This document shows positions 40,239-50,833 of a stretch of DNA of 64,000 nucleotides, in pieces. Within the stretch, counting starts at the first letter, position 1. The number at the start of each line of letters is the position of its first letter. The stretch covers positions 24,730 to 88,729 of the forward strand of contig JAEENX010000013.1 of NCBI GenBank assembly GCA_016283935.1, read 5' to 3'. The translations under genes were made by a program, and so were the position numbers. The stretch comes from Bacilli bacterium. GTDB lineage: Bacteria; Bacillota_I; Bacilli_A; RF39; UBA660. Below the pieces are notes generated by a model. That model made no database searches and was not told where the DNA came from. It saw nothing but the letters and a program-made list of their open reading frames with translations.

Positions 40239-41516
40239 ATGCAATTAGTTACACTTACACCTGGTGAATTTGATGATTTTGCTAAATATCATCCACTAAA
40301 CAATTATCAACAATCATCTAAATACGCTAGATTAATGACTAATCATGGATATGACTATGACCTAATTGGATTAAAAGCAGATAATGATCAAATAGTAGCA
40401 GCCTCTGTAATACTTAAAAGAAAAATAACTGGTAATACTAGATATGGATATGCACCAAAAGGATTCTTGCTAAATTATTATGATCAAGAAACACTACAAA
40501 TATTTTTAAAAGAATTAAAAGCATATTATAAAAAGCAAAACTTTATATTTATAAAATTTAATCCAGAGATTATAACTGGAGCAACATCTAAAGCTGAAAA
40601 ATGGCAAATGTCTTATAATGGCAATGTTACAATAATAGATACATTAAAAGCTTTAAAAGTTAAACGTAGATTAGAAGTTAGAGAATTTGATTTGATGGAG
40701 CCTAAATACAATGCATTCATTAATTTAAAAGCAAATAATCTATTTACTATGAAAAGAAATTATAGAAAAAAGATTAAAAGATGCTTAGGTAATGGTTTAA
40801 GTTTAACAGTAGGAACATACAAAGATGTTGATGAATTATATCCTTTATTAAAAGGTAAAACAAATAAATCTGTAGAATTCTATAGAGATTTCTATAATGT
40901 ATTTAATCAAGATAATTCAATAGATTTAGTATTTGTTAAAGTAGATTTTAATAAATATCTACAGTTTGTTAAAGACAAATATGAAAGAGAATTAGAAATG
41001 AATGATATATGGAACGATAAAATTAGAATAGATCCAAAAAGATCTAATCTAAATGGAAAAATGAATTCAGATCAAAAATTACAAGGATATAAATCAGATG
41101 TAATTAAAGCAACAGAAGGATTAAAAGAACATAGAGAAGTTACAATAGCTGGTGCTTTAATAGTAAAACAATTTAATAGAGTTTCAATTGTAGCATCAGG
41201 TTTTGATGAAAATTATAGATATTTAAATCCAAATCATTTCTTATATTTCTCAATATTTGAAAGATATAAACAATATTTTGATTTCTGTGATATAGGTGGA
41301 GTAACATCTAAATTCAATGATGAAACTTCTAAATATAATGGATTAAATTCATTCAAGAAAGATTGGAATCCAAAAATCTATGAATATGTTGGAGAATTCG
41401 ATCTTGTATGTTCAGAATTTACATTTGATAGATTAATTAAAACAAGTTTCATTGAAAATGAATTCAATAATCATCCAAATGAAGCAATACCACCAGAATT
41501 ATTACAACAAAAATAA
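40239..41516 (+). CDS. FemAB/MurM-family peptidoglycan bridge peptidyltransferase
   Basis: YAPKGF, IKFNP, GLNSFK and EYVGEFD motifs. Confidence 0.85.
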   Translation: MQLVTLTPGEFDDFAKYHPLNNYQQSSKYARLMTNHGYDYDLIGLKADNDQIVAASVILKRKITGNTRYGYAPKGFLLNYYDQETLQIFLKELKAYYKKQNFIFIKFNPEIITGATSKAEKWQMSYNGNVTIIDTLKALKVKRRLEVREFDLMEPKYNAFINLKANNLFTMKRNYRKKIKRCLGNGLSLTVGTYKDVDELYPLLKGKTNKSVEFYRDFYNVFNQDNSIDLVFVKVDFNKYLQFVKDKYERELEMNDIWNDKIRIDPKRSNLNGKMNSDQKLQGYKSDVIKATEGLKEHREVTIAGALIVKQFNRVSIVASGFDENYRYLNPNHFLYFSIFERYKQYFDFCDIGGVTSKFNDETSKYNGLNSFKKDWNPKIYEYVGEFDLVCSEFTFDRLIKTSFIENEFNNHPNEAIPPELLQQK

Positions 41517-41540
41517 AAGAGACTTTTCAGTCTCTTTTTT
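41513..41540. terminator. Bidirectional terminator between femAB-like gene and typA
   Basis: AAAAGAGACT-TTTC-AGTCTCTTTT. Confidence 0.75.
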
Positions 41541-43347
41541 ATTTTCTATTAGCTCTTCTTCTTTCATCTGGATTAAGAATAGCTTTTCTTAATCTAATAT
41601 CAGTAGGAGTAACTTCTACATATTCATCATCGTTGATAAATTCTAAAGCTTCTTCTAATGTAAATGTTCTAGGTGGTACTAATGCAATAGCATCATCTGA
41701 ACCAGATGCACGAGTATTAGTTAATTGTTTGTTCTTACAAGGGTTAACATCTAAGTCATTATCTCTTGAATGAATACCAACTATCATACCTTGATAAATA
41801 TCAACAGCTGGTCCAACAATTAATTGACCTCTATCTTGTAAGTTGAATAATGAGAATCCTAAAGATTTACCGTTTTCCATTGATACTAATACTCCATTCT
41901 TACGTGTTTGTAAGTCACCAACATATGGTTTGTAATCTTCAAATGATCTAACCATAACACCTTCACCTTTAGTATTAGTGATGAATGCTGATCTATAACC
42001 AATTAATCCTCTAGTTGGAGCACTAAAAGTTAAGTGAGTATAGTTATCAGGTGTTGTAGTCATACTCATTAATAAACCTTTTCTATTTTGAATATCACTA
42101 ATGATTGTTGATGCATAATCATTAGGAACATTAATTATAACTTGTTCAAATGGTTCAAGTTTTTGACCATTTTCTTCTTTAAATAATACTTGAGGTTTAG
42201 ATACACATAATTCGTATCCTTCACGTCTCATATTTTCAAGTAAGATAGATAAGTGTAATTCACCTCTACCAGATACTTTATAACCATCTGAATTTGGTAA
42301 TTCTTCTACTCTTAAACCTACGTTAGTTTGTAATTCTTTATCTAATCTTTCTTTAATATGTCTTGATGTTAAATATTTTCCTGATTGACCTACAAATGGT
42401 CCATCATTTACTAAGAAGTTCATACTTAAAGTTGGAGTTTCGATTTCAATAGGTGGAAGTGGATTTGGTTTATCTTTAGTACAAATAGTATCTCCAATAG
42501 AAATATCTGCACATCCAGCAACTGTAACTATATCACCATAGAATGCTTCAGATTTTTCTACTCTATTTAATCCTTCGTTAACAAATAATTTAGATACTTT
42601 GAAACTTTCTAATGAACCATCATTTTTACATAATGTAACTAATTCTCCAGATTTAATTTTACCTTTAGTAACTCTACCAATACCTAATCTACCAATATAT
42701 TCATCATATGCTAATGAAGAAACTTGTAATTGTAAGTCATCATTTTCATTTCCTTCATAAGCTGAAACTTGATTTAATACTACATCTAATAATGGTTCAA
42801 TACTCTTAGTATTTAAATCATTATAATCTAAAGTAGCAATACCATCTCTAGCAACACCATATACAATTGGGAAGTCTAATTGTTCATCATTTGCATTTAA
42901 ATCAACGAATAAGTCAAATACTTCATTAACAACTTCTTCTGGTCTTGCATCTTTCTTATCAATCTTATTAATAAATAAAACTGGTCTTAGGTTTTGTTCT
43001 AATGCCTTAGATAATACGAATCTAGTTTGAGGCATTGGTCCTTCAGCAGAGTCAACAATTAAGATAACTGTATCTACTGTTCTAATAATTCTTTCTACTT
43101 CTGATGAGAAATCGGCATGTCCTGGAGTATCTACTATATTGATTTTATAATCTTTATATCTGATAGCACAGTTTTTAGAATAAATTGTGATACCTCTTTC
43201 TCTTTCAATTTGATCAGAGTCCATTACTTGATCAACTATTTCATCATGTTCATTAAAAACACCATTTTGTTGTAATAACGCATCTACTAATGTACTTTTA
43301 CCAGCATCTACGTGAGCAACAACTGCTACATTTATGATTTTATCCAT
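41539..43347 (-). CDS. typA: Translational GTPase TypA/BipA
   Basis: AHVDAGKST, DTPGHADF, NKID, GRGELHL, EVTP..IRLRK. Confidence 0.97.
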   Translation of the reverse strand: MDKIINVAVVAHVDAGKSTLVDALLQQNGVFNEHDEIVDQVMDSDQIERERGITIYSKNCAIRYKDYKINIVDTPGHADFSSEVERIIRTVDTVILIVDSAEGPMPQTRFVLSKALEQNLRPVLFINKIDKKDARPEEVVNEVFDLFVDLNANDEQLDFPIVYGVARDGIATLDYNDLNTKSIEPLLDVVLNQVSAYEGNENDDLQLQVSSLAYDEYIGRLGIGRVTKGKIKSGELVTLCKNDGSLESFKVSKLFVNEGLNRVEKSEAFYGDIVTVAGCADISIGDTICTKDKPNPLPPIEIETPTLSMNFLVNDGPFVGQSGKYLTSRHIKERLDKELQTNVGLRVEELPNSDGYKVSGRGELHLSILLENMRREGYELCVSKPQVLFKEENGQKLEPFEQVIINVPNDYASTIISDIQNRKGLLMSMTTTPDNYTHLTFSAPTRGLIGYRSAFITNTKGEGVMVRSFEDYKPYVGDLQTRKNGVLVSMENGKSLGFSLFNLQDRGQLIVGPAVDIYQGMIVGIHSRDNDLDVNPCKNKQLTNTRASGSDDAIALVPPRTFTLEEALEFINDDEYVEVTPTDIRLRKAILNPDERRRANRK

Positions 43348-43469
43348 AAATTCCACTCCTTTTTTAAATAACTATAAAATAATACAACAAACTTTTGATT
43401 TTAGCAAGTAAAATATATTTTTAGGTTTTTTTATTTAATTTAAATTGTTATAATTACTATGGTGATAAT

Positions 43470-46094
43470 ATGAAAAAACTTAAAGATTTTTTTATTAACA
43501 ACAGATTGTATTTATATACTTTCATATTAAGTACTATCATAATAATAATCTCTTATATTATAAATAAGGTTACACCATTTGGTGAAAAATCATTACTATG
43601 TGTTGATTTCTTTCATCAATATGGACCAATGATGGGAGAATTACATGATAGAATACTCTCAGGCTCAAATCTTATATATTCATTTAGTATGGGAATGGGA
43701 TTACCATTCTTTAGAAACTTTTTGAATTATATGAGTAGTCCTTTAAACATATTATTATTAATATTTCCTAAATCAGGTTTATTAGATGCTTATTCATTAA
43801 TAATTGGATTAAAAGCAGTATTAGCATCTACATTCATGACTTATTATTTATCAAAGAAATTTAATAATAAAGAATTATATATGATTATTCCAGGTATAGC
43901 ATATGGTTTCTGTGCATACTATCAATCATATTATTGGAATCTAATGTGGATAGATGGAATGTATCTATTACCACTTATTACATTAGGTATAGAAAACATC
44001 ATAAATAAAAAAACATGGAAGTTTTATACTATAACATTATCTATAATGTTAATAGCTAATTATTTTATAGGATATATGATATGTATATTCTCGGTATTAT
44101 ATTTTATATTATATGGAATATACAAATTACAAATAAAAGGCAAAAAATTTAAAGAAATAATTGCTAATATATTTGATAGATGTTGGTTATTTGCAGTTGG
44201 TTCATTAATTGCCGGATGTATATCAGCAGTATTCTTAATACCAATGTTTACTTCAATGCAATCAATTTCAGCGACAGGTGGAACAATACCTAAAACTCAA
44301 TACTATGATTTTGTTATAATTGACTATTTAAAAATGCATTTAACAGGAGCAAAAACAACAACATTTGGATCTGATGCAATAACAGCACCAAATGTATCAT
44401 GTGGAATACTATCAGTTGCTGCTATCTTATGTTATTTAATTAACCTAGATATTAAATTTAAAAATAAAATTATATATTTATTATTATTAGGATTCTTCAT
44501 TGCTGCATTCTTCTATGCTCCATTAGACTTTATATTACAAGCATTTCATGTACCTAATGATTTACCTTATAGATATTCATTTATATATTCATTTATATTA
44601 TGTATTATCATGGCATATTCATTAGTTAATATTAAAAAGATTAAATTTATAGTAATGATAATAGCTTATTTATTCTTAATGTCTATATTATTAATTGTAT
44701 CTACAGAAGTATGGGAAAATATAACAACCAATATGTGTTACATAAATATGATATTATTAACATTATATTTCCTATTCTATATAGCAATAATTATATTACC
44801 TAACTTTAAAAAGATATTTTATGTAGCATTAGTATTTGTTATATGCATGGATGCATGTGTATCATTAAATAATAATTGGAATATAACTCAAATAAAAGAT
44901 TCATTCTATTCAAATTATGATAAAAGAACTCAAGAACTACACTACTTAGATAAAACAGAAACAGACAAATTTTATAGAGTTGATTCAAATGACATGTTAA
45001 CATTAAATGATGCTTCTTGGTATGGTTACAATGGTGTAACAACATTTAGTTCAATGGCATATGAATCAGTTGCACATTTAATGGATAGATTAGGATTTGC
45101 TGGAAATAACATTAATAGTTATCAATATGCAGAAACCACTCCAGTAAATGATATCATGTTAGATATTAAATATATATTTGGTTTTACAAATGATAGAAAA
45201 AGATACAAACTAGAAAATACAATAGATAATACAATATCTAAATTCAACTATAATGTTGGATTAGGATTTGCAACAAATACTGAATTAAGTAATTGGTTAT
45301 ACGAAAATGGTAATCCATTAGAAGTACAAAATGATTGGTTTAAAAAAGCTACAGGATATGAACCATTTGAAAAAACAACATTATTAAATAAACAAGTTGT
45401 ATATGAAGACAATGATAATACATTAGTTAGATATGAATTTAAAAATCCAGGAGATCAAATGTATTATTATTCAAGAGAAGGTTCATTTAACTTTGTACTT
45501 ATAGGTGAAGCTTTATATTACGATGGAGATGCATATGACACTATAGATTATGAATTAGATTATACATATATGGAATCATATAATGAACAAAAGATAATTA
45601 ATATAGCATCACAAGATGATAAAGTAGTTATATATGTAGATTATTCATATTACTATGGATCTGATCCAATTGTATATAATATTAAACACGATGATTTCGA
45701 AAAAGGTTATAATGTATTAAATGATAGTAAATTAGAAATAATATCATATAAAGAATCTAATATAGAAGCAACAATAAAAGTAGATGATAACAAATTAGTA
45801 TATACATCAATTCCATACGATGAAGGATGGAAAGTATATGTAGACGGAAAAGAAGTTGAAACAAAAGCGTTAGCAAATTCTTTCTTAACATTCAATATTG
45901 ATAAAGGAACACATAAAATTAAATTTAAATATCATATTCCATATTTTAAAGAAGGAATAATATTAACAATATTTGGTATATCAGTATTAATAATAGATAA
46001 ATTATATGGAAAGAAAATAAAAGAAAAATTAGTTAAATCAATCAAAGAGAAACCAAAGAAAGAAAAGAAGAAAAAGAAAAAGCAAACTAAATAG
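43470..46094 (+). CDS. YfhO family membrane protein (GT-C-like)
   Basis: DFFHQY, YRYSF, SIPYDEGWKVYVDG; many TMs. Confidence 0.9.
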   Translation: MKKLKDFFINNRLYLYTFILSTIIIIISYIINKVTPFGEKSLLCVDFFHQYGPMMGELHDRILSGSNLIYSFSMGMGLPFFRNFLNYMSSPLNILLLIFPKSGLLDAYSLIIGLKAVLASTFMTYYLSKKFNNKELYMIIPGIAYGFCAYYQSYYWNLMWIDGMYLLPLITLGIENIINKKTWKFYTITLSIMLIANYFIGYMICIFSVLYFILYGIYKLQIKGKKFKEIIANIFDRCWLFAVGSLIAGCISAVFLIPMFTSMQSISATGGTIPKTQYYDFVIIDYLKMHLTGAKTTTFGSDAITAPNVSCGILSVAAILCYLINLDIKFKNKIIYLLLLGFFIAAFFYAPLDFILQAFHVPNDLPYRYSFIYSFILCIIMAYSLVNIKKIKFIVMIIAYLFLMSILLIVSTEVWENITTNMCYINMILLTLYFLFYIAIIILPNFKKIFYVALVFVICMDACVSLNNNWNITQIKDSFYSNYDKRTQELHYLDKTETDKFYRVDSNDMLTLNDASWYGYNGVTTFSSMAYESVAHLMDRLGFAGNNINSYQYAETTPVNDIMLDIKYIFGFTNDRKRYKLENTIDNTISKFNYNVGLGFATNTELSNWLYENGNPLEVQNDWFKKATGYEPFEKTTLLNKQVVYEDNDNTLVRYEFKNPGDQMYYYSREGSFNFVLIGEALYYDGDAYDTIDYELDYTYMESYNEQKIINIASQDDKVVIYVDYSYYYGSDPIVYNIKHDDFEKGYNVLNDSKLEIISYKESNIEATIKVDDNKLVYTSIPYDEGWKVYVDGKEVETKALANSFLTFNIDKGTHKIKFKYHIPYFKEGIILTIFGISVLIIDKLYGKKIKEKLVKSIKEKPKKEKKKKKKQTK

Positions 46095-46106
46095 TTTGCT
46101 TTTTTT
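46077..46106. terminator. Bidirectional terminator
   Basis: AAAAAGCAAACTA-AA-TAGTTTGCTTTTT between convergent genes. Confidence 0.75.
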
Positions 46107-47031
46107 AATTCTCTTCTTCAATAAATAATTTTTTAAGATTTTTCTTAGGTAATAATATCTTAATACTTTTTTCATTTTTTATACTATATTTTAAAGTTCT
46201 GATTTCAAGTTTTTCACCATCAACACACCAAGCTTTAGATGGATGTTTATCAAATACTATATCAATTCTTGAAGCTTTATAATATTCAAATCCACCAACA
46301 TGTTCTGCACCAACAGCAAATACTTGAGCAAAAGCTCTTAAGATATCTAATCTCTTTGTATAAGTACATAAAAGAATTTCAAATTTATCATCATTTAATT
46401 TAACATCTCTAAAGAAGTTATCCATACCAGCTATTCTTGTAGCCGATCCAATTAACATTAATGAGTATTTACCACTTTTTTCAACGCCATCAACTTCAAA
46501 TGAAATATTATAACTTCTAGTAACAGTAAAGAAGTCTTTTATACCATTCCACACATAAGCTAAATGACCAAACTTCTTTTTTTCTTCTCTTGGAGTCTCA
46601 TATGGAATTTGCATAAATTTACCAAATCCACATACATATACAAATGGTCTATTATTAACCATTGGTATATCTATTTCTTTAACTTCTCCACTTAAACATA
46701 ATTTAAGATTTTCTTCTATATCTTTTCCATATCCAAACATAGTACCAACATCGTTAGTAGTACCAACAGGAATATGAGCAAGTATTAATCTTCTTTTACG
46801 TTGTATATTACCATATACAACTTCATTGAAAGTTCCATCTCCACCCATCGAAATAACTAAGTCAACATATCCTAAATGACTAACTATCTCTTTGGCATGT
46901 CCATGATATTGAGTTCCTATAAAAGTTGGTGAATAACCATATCTTTCAATTATTTTTTTATATTTAGATAAGTTCTCGTGATGAAGTGTATGTCCACTAT
47001 TAGGATTATAAATAACTGCACAAGTTTTCAT
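46105..47031 (-). CDS. Diacylglycerol kinase family lipid kinase (YegS/DagK-like)
   Basis: NPNSG, GGDGTFNEV, PVGTTND, VDGE. Confidence 0.92.
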   Translation of the reverse strand: MKTCAVIYNPNSGHTLHHENLSKYKKIIERYGYSPTFIGTQYHGHAKEIVSHLGYVDLVISMGGDGTFNEVVYGNIQRKRRLILAHIPVGTTNDVGTMFGYGKDIEENLKLCLSGEVKEIDIPMVNNRPFVYVCGFGKFMQIPYETPREEKKKFGHLAYVWNGIKDFFTVTRSYNISFEVDGVEKSGKYSLMLIGSATRIAGMDNFFRDVKLNDDKFEILLCTYTKRLDILRAFAQVFAVGAEHVGGFEYYKASRIDIVFDKHPSKAWCVDGEKLEIRTLKYSIKNEKSIKILLPKKNLKKLFIEEEN

Positions 47032-47138
47032 ATCATCACGCCTTTCATCACTATTATAACGCAATAACTGTAAACTAATCTATAAAAAGTTATATTATAT
47101 TGCTATAATATAAATAGATATAATCAGGAGGGTTTTAT

Positions 47139-49040
47139 ATGGGATATAATCAACATATCAAGAACATTTTATTAAATAACAACACAGAGTTATCGACACA
47201 CAATAAAAACAAAGTATCAACAGCAATTGTAGATTTGTTAGAAGAAGAAGTATTACAATTTAACTTGGATGACGAATCAACATTTGATTATTTATATGAT
47301 GCATTTGATATATTAGTTAATAATTTAAGAAATACTAAAGAAATGCAAATACAACTATATGATAGATTCACTTATATACATAATGAAATGCGTAATATAT
47401 TACATACTTTACCAAAAGAAGGATTAAGTGAAAGTCAAAAAGCAAAAATAGGTTCACTACATAGAATGATGAATAAAATGGAAGATACTATGTTAAGAAT
47501 ATATTATAATAGTCCTATAGAATATGATCCTTCAAAAGAAGAATATATATACTTTATAATATTTGATTTAAAGAATATTAATTTCTTTAGAACAGCATGT
47601 GAAAGATTTCCTCACATGGTTAACTCATTAAATAAAAAAGGAATACCACTTATTGAAGTAGTATTAACTAAATATCTAGAAGCATTACATGATTATATAT
47701 CAAAACCAAACTTAGGACCTTTAGATGACTTAATATATTATGACAAAGTATTTTCAACAATACTTGAAACAGATAAATTTAATATTTCTGATGTTGAAAA
47801 GAAACTACTTTTAAACAAAATAAATAAATTCAGAACATCACATAGTAGATTAACGTCACAAAGAGCAAAAGAAAAAATGTACTTTTTTACAAATGATGCA
47901 TTAATCAAATTAAATGGAGATACAATAGATGAAACATATTCTTATTTAAATTATAAATATGAAGTACATGATGTATTTAAAGAAGCACATAAATCTGAAG
48001 CCAATCAAATATATATAGCAAATCAAAATATAAAAAAGCCTAAATATAATAAATCCATTTATACATTCGATGGCGAAGGTGCATGTGAAATAGATGATGG
48101 TTTATCTATTACTTTTGAAGATGGTATATATCATCTAGGAGTACATATAGCAGATCCAACCGCATATATATCTGAATCATCAATAGTCAATGATGAAGCA
48201 AGAAAAAGAACAAGATCATTATATATGGAAGACAGTTGTATTCCTATGTATCCTCTTAATCTATCAAAAGATTTAATGGGATTAAATGAAGGAAAAAGAA
48301 CATATAGTATGTCATATTACTTTGATATAGATTCGAGAACTGGAAATATAATAAATTTTAAAGTTAAAGCCGAACCAATTATAGTAACTAAAAATATGAC
48401 ATATGATCAATTTGATTATATTTTAAAACATGGTACACATGATAAAAACATAGAGGAAACATTGATTCTATTAAACCAAGTATCTGCTATTTTAAAACAA
48501 TCTTACAGTGAGGATCTAATATATCATGAATTCCATAATTTAAGAGATACTCAAGTATCCAGAGGTATTGTAGAATCAGCAATGATTTATACTAATCACA
48601 ATATAGCTAAATTATTTGATGAACAAGGATTACCATTCATATATAGATGTCACGTTGTAGATGAAGATCAACAAGTAGAACTAACTGATCTACAAGAAAG
48701 ACTTAAACTAAGACAAAAAACTGATCAAATGATTAAAGATTTAGAAATGATTAAAAATTTATTCCCAAGAGCATATTATTCTAACGTAAACGATGGACAT
48801 TATGGATTAGGTATAGATTATTATTCACACGTAACTTCCCCATTAAGAAGATATGCAGATAATGTTGCAAACAGATGCATCAAAAAATTTGTTATAAACT
48901 CTTATAATGAAGAAGATATAAAAGCATATAATGAATATATAGGAATGATATCAGAAGAAATTAATCAAAAACGAAGAAGTTTAGATGACTATGAAATAGT
49001 AAGAGGAAGAATAAAAATTTTAAATAATTTAAACAAATAA
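47139..49040 (+). CDS. RNB-domain (RNase II/R family) protein with unusual N-terminal region
   Basis: TFDGEGACEIDDG, GVHIAD, PMYP, HVTSPLRRYAD; no recognisable CSD or S1. Confidence 0.88.
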   Translation: MGYNQHIKNILLNNNTELSTHNKNKVSTAIVDLLEEEVLQFNLDDESTFDYLYDAFDILVNNLRNTKEMQIQLYDRFTYIHNEMRNILHTLPKEGLSESQKAKIGSLHRMMNKMEDTMLRIYYNSPIEYDPSKEEYIYFIIFDLKNINFFRTACERFPHMVNSLNKKGIPLIEVVLTKYLEALHDYISKPNLGPLDDLIYYDKVFSTILETDKFNISDVEKKLLLNKINKFRTSHSRLTSQRAKEKMYFFTNDALIKLNGDTIDETYSYLNYKYEVHDVFKEAHKSEANQIYIANQNIKKPKYNKSIYTFDGEGACEIDDGLSITFEDGIYHLGVHIADPTAYISESSIVNDEARKRTRSLYMEDSCIPMYPLNLSKDLMGLNEGKRTYSMSYYFDIDSRTGNIINFKVKAEPIIVTKNMTYDQFDYILKHGTHDKNIEETLILLNQVSAILKQSYSEDLIYHEFHNLRDTQVSRGIVESAMIYTNHNIAKLFDEQGLPFIYRCHVVDEDQQVELTDLQERLKLRQKTDQMIKDLEMIKNLFPRAYYSNVNDGHYGLGIDYYSHVTSPLRRYADNVANRCIKKFVINSYNEEDIKAYNEYIGMISEEINQKRRSLDDYEIVRGRIKILNNLNK

Positions 49041-49068
49041 AAACTAGACTAATAAGTCTAGTTTTTTA
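49039..49068. terminator. Bidirectional terminator
   Basis: AAAACTAGACT-AATA-AGTCTAGTTTT. Confidence 0.75.
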
Positions 49069-50571
49069 TTAAAACTTTTTTTTCTTTTTAACCAATGATA
49101 TTACAAAAATACCAATAACAGAAATTAATAAGAAAGATAAAACATAAGTACTTCTACCAGTATTTGGATTAGTAACATTATCAACCCATTTAGCTTCTAT
49201 TGTAATATTCTCATATGGCATAGTAAATTCATTAGTACTAATACTATATAATTCTTTCACACCTAAAGTAATATCTTCTTTATTAATCTTAATACTTTCT
49301 CCAGAATCTGTTGTTACAGTTAAACCAGCTAATTTATATCCTTTTTTAGCAGATATTTTAAATTTAATAACATCTCCACCAAAAGCACTATCAACAACTT
49401 CAATAGTACCATTACTATCAGTCTTTGTATTAATATTATATTTTAAAACATTTTTAGACATTGTTACAACAGGTCTTAATCCAGCACGAGGAATACCACT
49501 AAAACAATATTCATAGGAATAACATATTTCACCAGAAGTAGATATAAAATAGAAGTGATCAGCTGAAGAATTTTCCTTAGTTTTTAACCATGATGATGTT
49601 TCCCATAACCACGAATTATTATTTTGTAAGAAATCTTTTAAACTTCCTACAACAACATAGGAAGAGTAATCATCTTCCACTTGATTATAATTTTCATGAG
49701 AATATTCAAACCATTCAGATAAAGGAAGATTTTTATTTGTAAGTTTATAAACTATTTCATCTAAATCTTTAATATTGAGCATATCAATATTTATAGGCTC
49801 ATATCCTTTTTTTATTAAATTATTTTTATAATCATTAAAATACTTTTTAATAACATGTGAATCACTTAATTCATAATTAATATATCCATCTTTATACGTA
49901 ACATCATTCTCTAAATAATCATCATTCTTATATGACATATGAAATGTAGCAATAGTTGGATAAATAGGATTACCTTTTGTTCCATGAACTCCTACAGCGT
50001 TTTCATTTTGAAGTGCATATCCATTTGTGTTTTCTGTTATAGTTGTATATGGATATAACTTATATGTATATTTTTGATAATAATCATTTCCTTCCTTATA
50101 TATATCACCATATAACTCGGAATAATATGCTAAAGTACCATCGGATGGATCAGTACCTACTTCTTGGGAGACTGGATTCAAATCAGTTAGATTGTATTTG
50201 TTATATATTTTTGTAATCCAAGTTTCATAACTATCAACTTCTACACTTTCAAAAAAATATTTATAATCACTTCCGCCATACCTACCACAATTGGTTGCAC
50301 TACGACATTTTTGTCTAATATAAGTTTCATTTAAATTTAAAATTATTCTATTATAATCTGATCCAACATATAAATTATATTTACTTAATAATTTTAAATT
50401 ATTATCATCAACACCTACAATATAAAAATGTTCACTACCACAAGCTAACTCACTTCCGATATCTTTTCCATTTCCACTTAAAATATTACATCCTTCTTTA
50501 GCATCAACAGCAAAAGGTAAACAAATTGTAATTAATAATAAGATAAATAATTTAAATTTTAAATTTTTCAT
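49069..50571 (-). CDS. Putative cell-wall-anchored surface protein
   Basis: Signal peptide (VDA), InlB-B-repeat-like segment, C-terminal NPNTG + TM + KKKKK. Confidence 0.8.
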   Translation of the reverse strand: MKNLKFKLFILLLITICLPFAVDAKEGCNILSGNGKDIGSELACGSEHFYIVGVDDNNLKLLSKYNLYVGSDYNRIILNLNETYIRQKCRSATNCGRYGGSDYKYFFESVEVDSYETWITKIYNKYNLTDLNPVSQEVGTDPSDGTLAYYSELYGDIYKEGNDYYQKYTYKLYPYTTITENTNGYALQNENAVGVHGTKGNPIYPTIATFHMSYKNDDYLENDVTYKDGYINYELSDSHVIKKYFNDYKNNLIKKGYEPINIDMLNIKDLDEIVYKLTNKNLPLSEWFEYSHENYNQVEDDYSSYVVVGSLKDFLQNNNSWLWETSSWLKTKENSSADHFYFISTSGEICYSYEYCFSGIPRAGLRPVVTMSKNVLKYNINTKTDSNGTIEVVDSAFGGDVIKFKISAKKGYKLAGLTVTTDSGESIKINKEDITLGVKELYSISTNEFTMPYENITIEAKWVDNVTNPNTGRSTYVLSFLLISVIGIFVISLVKKKKKF

Positions 50572-50714
50572 ACTCAATTCCTATCCTCACATTATACCTA
50601 TTTATATTATAAACTTATATATATTATAAATAAATAGTTAATAAATTAGAACATCATATTATACGTAAATCATATAACAAAAAAAACTCGAGTAAAACTC
50701 GAGTAATTTTTTAA

Positions 50715-50788
50715 TGGAGGAGCCTACCAGATTCGAACTGGTGCTCAGGGAGTTGCAGTCCCTTGCCTTACCACTTGGCTAAAGCTCC
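50715..50788 (-). tRNA. tRNA-Cys (GCA)
   Basis: GGAGCTTTAGCCAAGTGGTAAGGCAAGGGACTGCAACTCCC...GTTCGAATC...CTCCTCCA; 74-nt cloverleaf with encoded CCA. Confidence 0.97.
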
Positions 50789-50833
50789 ATTACATGAAAT
50801 GATTATATCACGATAGAATAACCATTTCAATAT

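Noticed and set aside
26366..41540. REP-like family from similar AAAGAGACT...AGTCTCTTT hairpins at about 26371, 31110 and 41516
   Set aside because: All lie at gene ends with A/T tracts and different loops; adequately explained as intrinsic terminators
49069..50788. Genomic island integrated at tRNA-Cys (or at tmRNA, 63072)
   Set aside because: No integrase and no duplicated 3' end of either RNA gene seen in the window
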